64,000 bases of DNA, from assembly GCA_964356125.1 (NCBI GenBank), contig CAYHHH010000008.1, positions 4,337 to 68,336 on the forward strand. The letters run 5' to 3'. The position numbers and the translations under genes were made by a program. The notes beneath the pieces were generated by a model. That model was not told where the DNA came from, made no database searches, and saw only the letters and a program-made list of their open reading frames with translations. Shown piece by piece: positions 10,331 to 18,697 of this stretch (positions are counted from its first letter, which is position 1; each line of letters opens with the position of its first letter). The DNA comes from an uncultured Bifidobacteriaceae bacterium (lineage in GTDB: Bacteria > Acidobacteriota > Vicinamibacteria > Vicinamibacterales > JAMQPK01).

Positions 10331-11674
10331 GTGATCACCAACTTTGCCAATTCGAAAGCCTACTCGGCGCGGATCCACGATCTGATCCCGGGCGGCGCGC
10401 ACACTTACTCGAAGGGCGACGACCAGTTTCCTGCCCTCGCGCCGGCCGCGATCTCGCACGGCAAGGGCGCCTATGTCTGGGACGTCGACGGCAACCGCTA
10501 TCTGGATTGCTCGATGGGCCTGACCTCGGTCAGCCTTGGCCACGCCCATCCACCGGTGCTCGACGCGGTCAAGGCCGAGCTGGATCGCGGCGTGAATTTT
10601 CAGCGGCCCTCGATGCTCGAGCTGCAGACCGCCGAGGCGTTTCTCTCGCTTGTGCCCCAGCACGACATGATCAAGTTCGCCAAGAACGGCTCGACCGTTA
10701 CCACCGCTGCCGTAAAGCTCGCGCGGGCGAAGACAGCGCGCAAGCTCGTGGCATTTCCAGGCGACCATCCTTTCTACAGCTACGATGATTGGTTCATTGG
10801 TACCACCGCATCGAGCAAGGGAGTGCCCGAAGAAATATCGTCCTTGTCGCGCACTTTCCGATCGTGCGACCTGGAGTCGCTTGCGGAGCTGTTTGAGAAA
10901 TACCCGGGGCAGATCGCCGGCGTCATCACCGAGCCAGAGAAAAGCACCTGCGGCGCAGGCTGTCGATGCGGTGGCAAGCCGGGTGAGTTTCTTCAGAAAG
11001 CGATCGAGCTCACGCATCGAGAGGGCGCGCTTTTCATCTTGGACGAAATGATCACCGGCTTCAAGACGGCGTGGCCGGGATCGATCAGCAAGTATGGCCT
11101 GCGGCCGGACATGGCGACCTGGGGTAAGGGCATAGCCAACGGGTTTGCCTTTTGCGCCCTGACGGGCACTAAGGAGGTGATGGAGTTAGGCGGTATCCGC
11201 GCGCTTGGCCAGGAAAAGGTGTTCCTGATTTCTACTACGCATGGTGCGGAAACGCACGCGATGGCTGCGGCGTTGGCTACCATTGACGAATTCAAACAGA
11301 AGAACGTGGTCGGGCACAACCACTCGATCGGTCGCCGTTTGGCTGAGGATTGCCATCGCGCCGTCGTCGCCTCTGGACTCGAGGCCTCCCTGCAAGTCGT
11401 CATGTGCGACTGGATGGTGACGTTCATCTACCGGAACGCGTCGGGGGAGTCCTCTTCGGGCCTCCGGACGCTGTTCATGCAGGAGATGATCAAGCGAGGC
11501 GTCCTGTTTCAGGGGATCTTCGTGCCTTGCCTTTCGCATTCCCTTGCGGACGTAGCCACTTTCGCCGAGGCATTTACCTCTTCACTCGATGTCTATGCCA
11601 AGGCTGTGGCGGAAGGTCATGAGAACTACTTGGTTGGGCTACCGGCCAAGCCTGTGTTCCGAAAGATTCTGTAG
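10331..11674 (+). CDS. Class-III PLP aminotransferase (glutamate-1-semialdehyde 2,1-aminomutase-like)
   Basis: IPGGAHTYSKG, FILDEMITGF and TWGKGIANG (PLP lysine). GTG start 1 nt after the upstream stop. Confidence 0.85.
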   Translation: MITNFANSKAYSARIHDLIPGGAHTYSKGDDQFPALAPAAISHGKGAYVWDVDGNRYLDCSMGLTSVSLGHAHPPVLDAVKAELDRGVNFQRPSMLELQTAEAFLSLVPQHDMIKFAKNGSTVTTAAVKLARAKTARKLVAFPGDHPFYSYDDWFIGTTASSKGVPEEISSLSRTFRSCDLESLAELFEKYPGQIAGVITEPEKSTCGAGCRCGGKPGEFLQKAIELTHREGALFILDEMITGFKTAWPGSISKYGLRPDMATWGKGIANGFAFCALTGTKEVMELGGIRALGQEKVFLISTTHGAETHAMAAALATIDEFKQKNVVGHNHSIGRRLAEDCHRAVVASGLEASLQVVMCDWMVTFIYRNASGESSSGLRTLFMQEMIKRGVLFQGIFVPCLSHSLADVATFAEAFTSSLDVYAKAVAEGHENYLVGLPAKPVFRKIL

Positions 11675-11800
11675 GGCCGGGTCACACGCGACGCGAAGCT
11701 TCGATGACAGACCGCAGGTTCGAGATCGTCGAACAGCCCGAAGGGTGGAAGTCCGCAGCACCGCAGTCTGCGCAAGGGGAGCCTCGGGAATTCTATTCCA

Positions 11801-12676
11801 ATGTCTATCAGCGCGCACGACGACGAGTTACCAAGCGTCGTAAGAGGAGCAACGAATCGTGATGCGGGGGTGGTCGTGACCGCGGATCAACGGCGGGGCA
11901 TCCGGGTTGGCCTGAAACTGTGGTCGCCTAACTTGGACCTGGCGTCACGCGTGGTTGAGATACACCGAGAGGGCTGGATCGATCTCGTCGAACTCTATGT
12001 GGTGCCTGGGACATTTGAGGCCACGATGGAAGGCTGGCGGGGACTTGGGGTGCCGTTCATGCTTCATTGCCCCCATGCAGCCCACAAATTCAATCTGGCA
12101 AAGGCCGAGTTGTTCGAGCCAAACAAATGCAAGTTCGAAGAGGTTCAGCGATTTGCCGATGCACTGCGGGCGGAAGTCATTGTGACCCACGGTGGCAACC
12201 GGGGAAGCATCGACGAAACCATTCGACAGCTGAAGCACTTCAACGATCGGCGAGTCTACATCGAGAACAAACCAAAGCTGAGCCTGACGGGCGGCCTTTG
12301 TGTCGGCCACTCTCCGGAAGAAATCGGTCAGATTTTGGGTTCGGCAGATATCGGTGGCTTCGTTCTCGATTTCGGGCACGCGACCTGCGCCGCGAATTCC
12401 GCCAAAGCAGACGCCTTTGACTACATTGCGAGGTTCGTGGCTCTCAATCCCAGGGTTTTTCACATTGGGGACGGCGATCGAACTTCCGAGAAGGACAACC
12501 ACTTCAACTTTGGTCAGGGTAGCTTCGACATTGCTCGACTCGTCTCTTACGTGCCCCCGTCGAGTGTGCTGACAATAGAAACGCCGACCGACCTGAAGCG
12601 TGGTCTCAACGACTTCGTGGAGAACGCGCGCCACCTGCGGAAGGCGATCGAAGGCTTGGATGAGTCGCGGCACTAG
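11801..12676 (+). CDS. Xylose-isomerase-like TIM-barrel protein (sugar phosphate isomerase/epimerase fold)
   Basis: Alternating beta/alpha pattern with VIVTHGG, VYIENKP, FVLDFGHA and LTIETP strands. Start uncertain (ATG 11801 or GTG 11870). Confidence 0.6.
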   Translation: MSISAHDDELPSVVRGATNRDAGVVVTADQRRGIRVGLKLWSPNLDLASRVVEIHREGWIDLVELYVVPGTFEATMEGWRGLGVPFMLHCPHAAHKFNLAKAELFEPNKCKFEEVQRFADALRAEVIVTHGGNRGSIDETIRQLKHFNDRRVYIENKPKLSLTGGLCVGHSPEEIGQILGSADIGGFVLDFGHATCAANSAKADAFDYIARFVALNPRVFHIGDGDRTSEKDNHFNFGQGSFDIARLVSYVPPSSVLTIETPTDLKRGLNDFVENARHLRKAIEGLDESRH

Positions 12677-12706
12677 CGTCGGCGAGCCCGACTAAGGAGG
12701 TTTTGC

Positions 12707-13561
12707 GTGGAGCCCAATTGTGCGGGTTCGGTTGTAGCCACGAAGGACAATCGCAACATCATTGACTGCCAAGACTGTGGGTACGCCCACGTCTATCCAA
12801 TGTACTCCGAGGCTGAGTTAGAGGAGTACTACCGGAACGTGTTCGCAGAGAGCACGCCGAGCCATCTTTGGTTTGAGAAGGTTCAAAACATTCTTCGTTG
12901 GAAGAAGCAGGGCGCGATCTTGGATGTCGGCTGCTGGGAAGGTGCACAGCTCGAACACTTCATGAAGGCCGGTTGGAACTGCACCGGTCTGGAGCTGAAC
13001 ACGAGGGCTGCTGCCATCGCTCAGGCCAAGGGGATCGAGGTCTGGCAAATGTCAATCCAGGAACTGCTCACGCGTAGTGTCGAGGCGACCTGGGACGTTA
13101 TTAACGTCGCCTACGTGCTCGAGCATATTCCTCAGCCGGTCGCCTTCTTGAGGCAGCTTGGCAGGCAGTTGAAGCCAGGCGGCATCCTGGTTCTTGAGGT
13201 GCCCAATGAGTTCAACCCCCTCCAGTTGGCATACGTGAAGAAGCAGGCGATCGACCCTTATTGGGTCTTTCTCCCAGAACATGTCAACTACTTCAGCAAA
13301 GTCAGCCTCGAGCGCTTAGTAGTCAACGCCGGCTGGAGGATCTTGCACGCTGAATCCAGTTTCCCCATGGAGATGTTCCTTCTTATGGGCGATGACTACC
13401 TGTCAGACAAGGCCGTCGGCCCCATCGCCTTCCAAAAGGCAGTGGCTTTCGAAAGTGGCCTTCGTGGTCATGACCCCGGCTTGGTTTCGCGACTTTATTC
13501 CGCGTTGTATTCCTGTGGCATTGGCCGCGGAATCACCCTCTACCTCCAGGCCGGCGAATGA
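12707..13561 (+). CDS. Class I SAM-dependent methyltransferase with N-terminal Cys-pair Zn-ribbon-like element
   Basis: CQDCGYAHVYP, ILDVGCWEG (motif I) and LKPGGILVLEVPN. GTG start preceded by AAGGAGG 6 nt upstream. Confidence 0.85.
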   Translation: MEPNCAGSVVATKDNRNIIDCQDCGYAHVYPMYSEAELEEYYRNVFAESTPSHLWFEKVQNILRWKKQGAILDVGCWEGAQLEHFMKAGWNCTGLELNTRAAAIAQAKGIEVWQMSIQELLTRSVEATWDVINVAYVLEHIPQPVAFLRQLGRQLKPGGILVLEVPNEFNPLQLAYVKKQAIDPYWVFLPEHVNYFSKVSLERLVVNAGWRILHAESSFPMEMFLLMGDDYLSDKAVGPIAFQKAVAFESGLRGHDPGLVSRLYSALYSCGIGRGITLYLQAGE

Positions 13562-13580
13562 CGGCCAGCCCTCTTCCTAG

Positions 13581-14279
13581 ATGAGATTGGGCCTCGTTGC
13601 CGATATTCACGGCAACGTCGACGCCTTGACGGCCACGCTTGCTGAGGCTCGCGCGCTGGGCGTGCAGCGATTGCTCTGTTGTGGTGACGTTGTCGGCTAT
13701 TACTACGAACCTGCACAGTGTCTTGAGCTCTTGGCCGAGTGGGAGACGGAGAGCGTCCGGGGCAATCACGAGAACATGCTGTCCCGGCTCATTAACGAAC
13801 CTGCAGTCGAGTTAAGTTTTCGGCGCCAATTCGGAAGCGGCCTCTCGGTGGCCGCAACCACCCTAACGCCCAAACAGCTGACGTACCTGGCGAGCCTGCC
13901 CGCGCATAAAGCCCTCGAAATTGAAGGCAAGACAATTCTCCTTTGCCACGGTGCGCCTTGGGACACCGACGAGTATGTGTACCCAGAGTCCCAGGCCAGC
14001 ACTTTCCTGCGCTGCGCCAGCCTGGGCGCGGACTATGTCGTGATGGGTCACACCCATTGTCAGATGGAGGAGCGAATAGGAACAACGGTTCTGATTAATC
14101 CTGGCTCGGTGGGACAGCCTCGGCGAGGGCGGCCGGCCGGGCACTGGGCGGTCCTCGATCTTGATAGCGGCGTCTGCACGCATCACACCGCGGACTATGA
14201 CCCAGGCGGGGTGATCGCGCGGGCTCGCGAGACCGACCCCCATTTTCCCTTTCTCTGGCAAGTTCTCGACCGTCAGTGA
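13581..14279 (+). CDS. Metallophosphoesterase (YfcE/MJ0936-like)
   Basis: Calcineurin-like motifs VADIHGN, CCGDVVGY, GNHE, CHGAPW and GHTH. Confidence 0.85.
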   Translation: MRLGLVADIHGNVDALTATLAEARALGVQRLLCCGDVVGYYYEPAQCLELLAEWETESVRGNHENMLSRLINEPAVELSFRRQFGSGLSVAATTLTPKQLTYLASLPAHKALEIEGKTILLCHGAPWDTDEYVYPESQASTFLRCASLGADYVVMGHTHCQMEERIGTTVLINPGSVGQPRRGRPAGHWAVLDLDSGVCTHHTADYDPGGVIARARETDPHFPFLWQVLDRQ

Positions 14280-15214
14280 AGACGATTCTCATTACCGGGA
14301 TAGGCGGTGACATTGGTCAGGGAGTGGCCAGGATCATCCGAGAAACGTTTCCGCATTGGCGACTGCTTGGCATGGATATCCACGAACGACATGGGGGTGC
14401 ACTCTTCGTTGAACAGGCCGTACGTGCGCCTGCCGTCTCCGACCCTGGGTACGATGCCTATCTCGCCGACCTGATCGCGCGCGAAGGCGTCGATCTATGC
14501 CTTCCCACTTCCGAGGCGGAGCTGATTCATTTGTCTCGAAGGTCACAGCCAGTGTTTGCCAATGCGGGGTTGATAATGGCGAATGCTCGGGCAATCGAGG
14601 TCGGCAGCGACAAGTTACTGACGGCCGAATTTCTCGGTTCGATTGGGGTTGCCCGGCCGTGGACGGTTCCGGCCGAGGCGTTCGCCGCGCAGACTCCGTT
14701 GCCTTGCGTCTTCAAGGCCCGCCGCAGCGCTGGATCAAAGGCCGTGTTCGTCTGCCAGAACAGCAGGGATGTGATGTTCTTTCGAGACCATCATCCGTCG
14801 GCCATCCTCCAGGAGCTTCTCCTCCCTGCCGACCGGGAAGTCACATGCGCGGTGTACCGGAGCCGGCATGGGCGGACGGTGGTCCTGCAGCTTCTGCGGA
14901 CCCTGGTCGGGGGATTCACCGGGTGGGCCGAGGTGATCGATGACCCTGAGGTGACCACACAGTGCACTCGTGTGGCGGAGGGGCTCGATTTGCGGGGTGC
15001 CATAAACGTGCAGTTGAGGGTGACACCGGCCGGCCCTCGGATTTTTGAGATCAATCCGCGCTTTTCCTCCACCGTGCTCATCAGGCACCGCATGGGGTTT
15101 CGCGATTTGGTGTGGGCGCTCCAAGAAAACGGTGGCGAAGAGGCAAGGTTCGTTCAGCCGCCTGCTGGAACAATCGGTGTCAGATTGCAGGATGCGGCGA
15201 TCTGTCATCGCTGA
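14276..15214 (+). CDS. ATP-grasp domain ligase
   Basis: ILITGIGGDIGQG pre-ATP-grasp Rossmann, VFKARRSAGSK and FEINPRFS (ExNPR ATP-grasp motif). GTGA overlap with the upstream gene. Confidence 0.75.
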   Translation: MKTILITGIGGDIGQGVARIIRETFPHWRLLGMDIHERHGGALFVEQAVRAPAVSDPGYDAYLADLIAREGVDLCLPTSEAELIHLSRRSQPVFANAGLIMANARAIEVGSDKLLTAEFLGSIGVARPWTVPAEAFAAQTPLPCVFKARRSAGSKAVFVCQNSRDVMFFRDHHPSAILQELLLPADREVTCAVYRSRHGRTVVLQLLRTLVGGFTGWAEVIDDPEVTTQCTRVAEGLDLRGAINVQLRVTPAGPRIFEINPRFSSTVLIRHRMGFRDLVWALQENGGEEARFVQPPAGTIGVRLQDAAICHR

Positions 15215-15228
15215 TCGAAAGAGAACTC

Positions 15229-16278
15229 ATGGCCACTAGTGCACTGTCCGAACAGCTGAAGCAATCGACTCGTCCGTTCATCATCGCGGAGATGTCGGGC
15301 AATCATAACCGCTCCTTGGAGCGCGCGTTGGCGATCGTGGACGGAGTGGCGAAGTCGGGCGCTCACGCGTTGAAGATTCAGACCTACACCCCCGACACGA
15401 TGACCATCGATATCAACGAGCGCGAGTTCCACATCAGCGATCCGAACAATCTGTGGGCCGGCCGTTCGCTCTATGAGCTCTACGGAGAGGCCTATACACC
15501 GTGGGACTGGCACGGACCCATTTTCGCGCGCGCGCGTGAGCTGGGTCTGATCGCCTTCAGCACGCCGTTCGACGACAGTGCCGTCGAGTTTCTCGAGAGT
15601 CTCGATGTGCCCTGTTACAAAATTGCATCGTTCGAGAACACCGATTTGCCTCTCGTTCGACGGACAGCCGCGACGGGCAAGCCCCTGATCATCTCCACCG
15701 GGATGGCCACCGTGGCGGAGCTCGACGAGACAGTTCGCGCGGCTCGAGAAGAGGGATGCACGGACCTCGTCTTGCTCAAATGCACCAGCACATACCCAGC
15801 GACCGCGGCGGACACCAATCTCGTCACCCTGCCACATTTGCGCGACCTTTTCGGCTGCGAGGTAGGCGTTTCAGACCACACCATGGGGGTGGGCGTTTCA
15901 GTCGCCAGCATCGCTCTAGGCGCTACTGTTGTCGAAAAGCACTTCACACTCAGCCGCGCCGAAGGCGGTGTGGACAGTGCGTTCTCGATGGAGCCTCATG
16001 AGATGTCCCAGCTTGTTGTCGAGACCGAGCGCGCCTGGCAGGCCATGGGACGGGTGACCTATGGACCAACAGCAGCGGAGAGGAATTCGCTGCAGTACCG
16101 ACGCTCCTTGTATGTGGTGCAGGACCTCGTGGCTGGCGAAGTACTTACGCACGTGAATGTCCGTGCGATTCGGCCAGGTCTCGGCCTGCCGACCAAGCAC
16201 ATTTCGCAGATCCTTGGGCGAACTGTGAGATGCGACATCAAGAGAGGAACCGCATTGACTTGGGAGTTGATCGGATGA
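15229..16278 (+). CDS. pseI: Pseudaminic acid synthase, PseI
   Basis: ATG 15229 inside ORF 15112..16278. IIAEMSGNHNRSLERALAIVD...GAHALKIQTYTPDTMT, GVSDHT, EKHFTL and a C-terminal SAF domain. Confidence 0.9.
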   Translation: MATSALSEQLKQSTRPFIIAEMSGNHNRSLERALAIVDGVAKSGAHALKIQTYTPDTMTIDINEREFHISDPNNLWAGRSLYELYGEAYTPWDWHGPIFARARELGLIAFSTPFDDSAVEFLESLDVPCYKIASFENTDLPLVRRTAATGKPLIISTGMATVAELDETVRAAREEGCTDLVLLKCTSTYPATAADTNLVTLPHLRDLFGCEVGVSDHTMGVGVSVASIALGATVVEKHFTLSRAEGGVDSAFSMEPHEMSQLVVETERAWQAMGRVTYGPTAAERNSLQYRRSLYVVQDLVAGEVLTHVNVRAIRPGLGLPTKHISQILGRTVRCDIKRGTALTWELIG

Positions 16279-16889
16279 GCTCGACCGCGGGTGCCTCGTG
16301 CCGATCCTCGGCTGACACGAGTCCGGAAGACGCCCCTGTGCTCACCGGCAAGCACTACCAGCTGGTGCCCTTCAACGAGTCCCTGGCGACGGACCGCTAT
16401 TTGGGCTGGTTGACCGATCCCGAGGTTACGCGTTTCATGGGAGTCCGGCACCAGCCCCAGACGCGCGAGACGGCCTTAGCATTCGTCCGGTCTTTTCAAG
16501 GCGCGACCAATAAATTCATGTGGGCGATCTTTCCCATTGGCGGAGCAGATCCGGTTGGTACTTCGACCTTGTACAACATCAACCGGAACCACGGCAGCGT
16601 GGAACTGGGCCTGATGGTTGGAGACAAGGCGCATTGGGGTCGCGGCGCGTCGGAGGAGACCATTCGCCTGTTAATCGCCTTCGCCTTTGGGCCCCTCGGA
16701 CTGCGCCGGATGACCGGTGGTTCCTATGCTTGCAACCACGGCATGAACTTCACCTACAAGAAACTCGGTTTCACTCGCGAGGGTCGATTGCGCTCGGCCT
16801 TGCAACTCTCACCGGGCGAATTCGTGGACGGATACCTTTGGGGGCTGCTGGCTAGCGATCCGGTAGTGCCACGAGCACCGGGATCATGA
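16275..16889 (+). CDS. GNAT-family N-acetyltransferase (PseH candidate)
   Basis: ATG 16275 ATGA-coupled to pseI. WGRGASEETIRLLIAFAF acetyl-CoA loop and GFTREGRLR C-terminal GNAT motif. Confidence 0.8.
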   Translation: MSSTAGASCRSSADTSPEDAPVLTGKHYQLVPFNESLATDRYLGWLTDPEVTRFMGVRHQPQTRETALAFVRSFQGATNKFMWAIFPIGGADPVGTSTLYNINRNHGSVELGLMVGDKAHWGRGASEETIRLLIAFAFGPLGLRRMTGGSYACNHGMNFTYKKLGFTREGRLRSALQLSPGEFVDGYLWGLLASDPVVPRAPGS

Positions 16890-18685
16890 TCGAGGCGGAC
16901 TCAACCCTCGCTGACATCGTTGCCGCTGCTCGCCCGGATCCAGCCGCTTACGCGGAGGCTGCAAGGCGCGTGCAATCAGAGGCCGGGGCACTGCAGCCCC
17001 TTCGAGTGGCGGTGATGGCGACCTCGACCGTCGAGCCGATTCGGCCCTATCTCGTTGTCGAAGGAGCGGTTCGCGGCCTGATCATCCAGCCGCGGTTTCT
17101 TCCCTTCAACCAGCTCGAGCTGCAGGTCCTGGATCCGAGCTCAGAGCTCAGGCGTGAATCGGTAGATGCGATCGTGATTGCATGCGGACTGAACGATTTT
17201 GCGCCGCGGTTGACATCGGGTTTTGTCGGCCTGTCATCGTTGGCAATCGACGATGAAGTGCGGGCGGTTGGCGACCGCCTAGGCCAGCTGCTGGACGGGA
17301 TACGCGGCTTCACGGATGCCGCCCTCGTCCTCTTCAACTTTGGTCCCGAGGCATATCTCGCGGCGGGACTGGCCGACCCGATGCTCGAGCCATCCCAAGC
17401 CTCGACGCTACAGCGTGTGAATGATGTGGCGGCAGGCTTGGGCCGCACACGCGCCGGCGTTAGCGTGCTGGACTACGCCCGGCTCGTCGTCGAGCACGGC
17501 CTGCGCCATTGGGTGGACCCGCGGCTGGTGTTCCGGGGACGCATTCCGTTCGGCGTGGTCGGGCAGCAGCAGACGGGCCGGGCACTCGCGCGCCACCTGC
17601 GCGCAACCCAGCGGCCGCCGTGCAAGTGCCTGGTGCTCGACCTCGACAACACCCTGTGGGGAGGCGTGCTTGGCGAGGACGGCCCGCAGGGGATTGCGCT
17701 GGGCGAAGATCACCCGGGCAACGTTTTCAAATCGTTTCAGCGTGCCGTCCTCGCGCTCAAGGACCGCGGTGTCCTGCTCGCTCTGGCGAGCAAGAACGAC
17801 GAGGCCGAGGCCAGGGCCGTGATTAACGGCCACCCTGACTGCCTGCTGCGCACGGCCGATTTCTCGGCGTTCCAGGTGAACTGGAATGACAAGGCGAGCA
17901 GCCTGGCGGCGATCGCCGCTCAGTTGTCGATCGGTATCGACGCGCTGGCCTTCTTCGATGACTCGCCCCAGGAGCGCGAGTGGGTCCGCAGCCGCTTGCC
18001 GGCGGTCACGGTCATCGACGTGCCCGCGTCGCCGCTCGGTTACGTCCATGCATTGATGGAATCGGGAGCATTCGATCACCTCTCGCTGACTGCCGAGGAT
18101 CGCGTCCGCGCGGAGCTGTATCGCCAGGAAGATGCCCGCGCCGCGCTGCAATCGCAACACGCGACGATCGCCGACTTTCTCGCCGACCTGGGGCTGAAGG
18201 TGACCATCGGAGGAATCGGGCCGTCGACCCAGGCGCGCGCGGCCCAGCTGATCGCCAAGACCAATCAGTTCAACGTCACCGTTCGCCGTCACTCCGAGGC
18301 GGAGCTGCAGGCGCTGCTGGCCGCCGGGGCCGAGGGGCTCTGGATGCGTGTCAGCGATCGCTACGGCGATGCGGGGCTCGTCGGTCTCGCCATCGCGGTG
18401 GCCACGGACGACGGAGTGTGGGAGCTCGATACACTCTTGCTCAGTTGCCGCGTCATCGGACGCCAGGTCGAGACCGCGTTGCTCGCGCAGTTGGCGGCGC
18501 GCGTGCGCGCGCGCGGTGGTCGCATGCTGGACGCGAAGCTGGTGCGAACGCCGAAGAACGCACCCGCGCACGACGTGTTCGACCGGCACGGCTTCGACGC
18601 CGTTGGCGACGGGCACTGGCGGCTTCCGCTCGATCGGACGATCGAGCGGCCAGAGTTTCTCGAGGTCACCGTTGACGAGTCCTGA
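16886..18685 (+). CDS. FkbH-like HAD-IIIC phosphatase/acyl-loading enzyme
   Basis: HAD motif I VLDLDNTLWGG, LALASKN and FFDDSPQE. C-terminal GNAT-like domain with LLSCRVIGR (candidate acyl-S-enzyme Cys). Confidence 0.85.
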   Translation: MIEADSTLADIVAAARPDPAAYAEAARRVQSEAGALQPLRVAVMATSTVEPIRPYLVVEGAVRGLIIQPRFLPFNQLELQVLDPSSELRRESVDAIVIACGLNDFAPRLTSGFVGLSSLAIDDEVRAVGDRLGQLLDGIRGFTDAALVLFNFGPEAYLAAGLADPMLEPSQASTLQRVNDVAAGLGRTRAGVSVLDYARLVVEHGLRHWVDPRLVFRGRIPFGVVGQQQTGRALARHLRATQRPPCKCLVLDLDNTLWGGVLGEDGPQGIALGEDHPGNVFKSFQRAVLALKDRGVLLALASKNDEAEARAVINGHPDCLLRTADFSAFQVNWNDKASSLAAIAAQLSIGIDALAFFDDSPQEREWVRSRLPAVTVIDVPASPLGYVHALMESGAFDHLSLTAEDRVRAELYRQEDARAALQSQHATIADFLADLGLKVTIGGIGPSTQARAAQLIAKTNQFNVTVRRHSEAELQALLAAGAEGLWMRVSDRYGDAGLVGLAIAVATDDGVWELDTLLLSCRVIGRQVETALLAQLAARVRARGGRMLDAKLVRTPKNAPAHDVFDRHGFDAVGDGHWRLPLDRTIERPEFLEVTVDES

Positions 18686-18697
18686 CGCGGCCACGGG

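Noticed and set aside
11675-11800. A 126-nt spacer with short inverted repeats (TTCGA-GATCG-TCGAA; CGCAG...CTGCG), considered as a possible riboswitch or terminator.
   Set aside because: The stems are only 5 bp and there is no U-tract. I cannot match it to any riboswitch consensus by eye. It is kept only as the boundary of the low-GC block.
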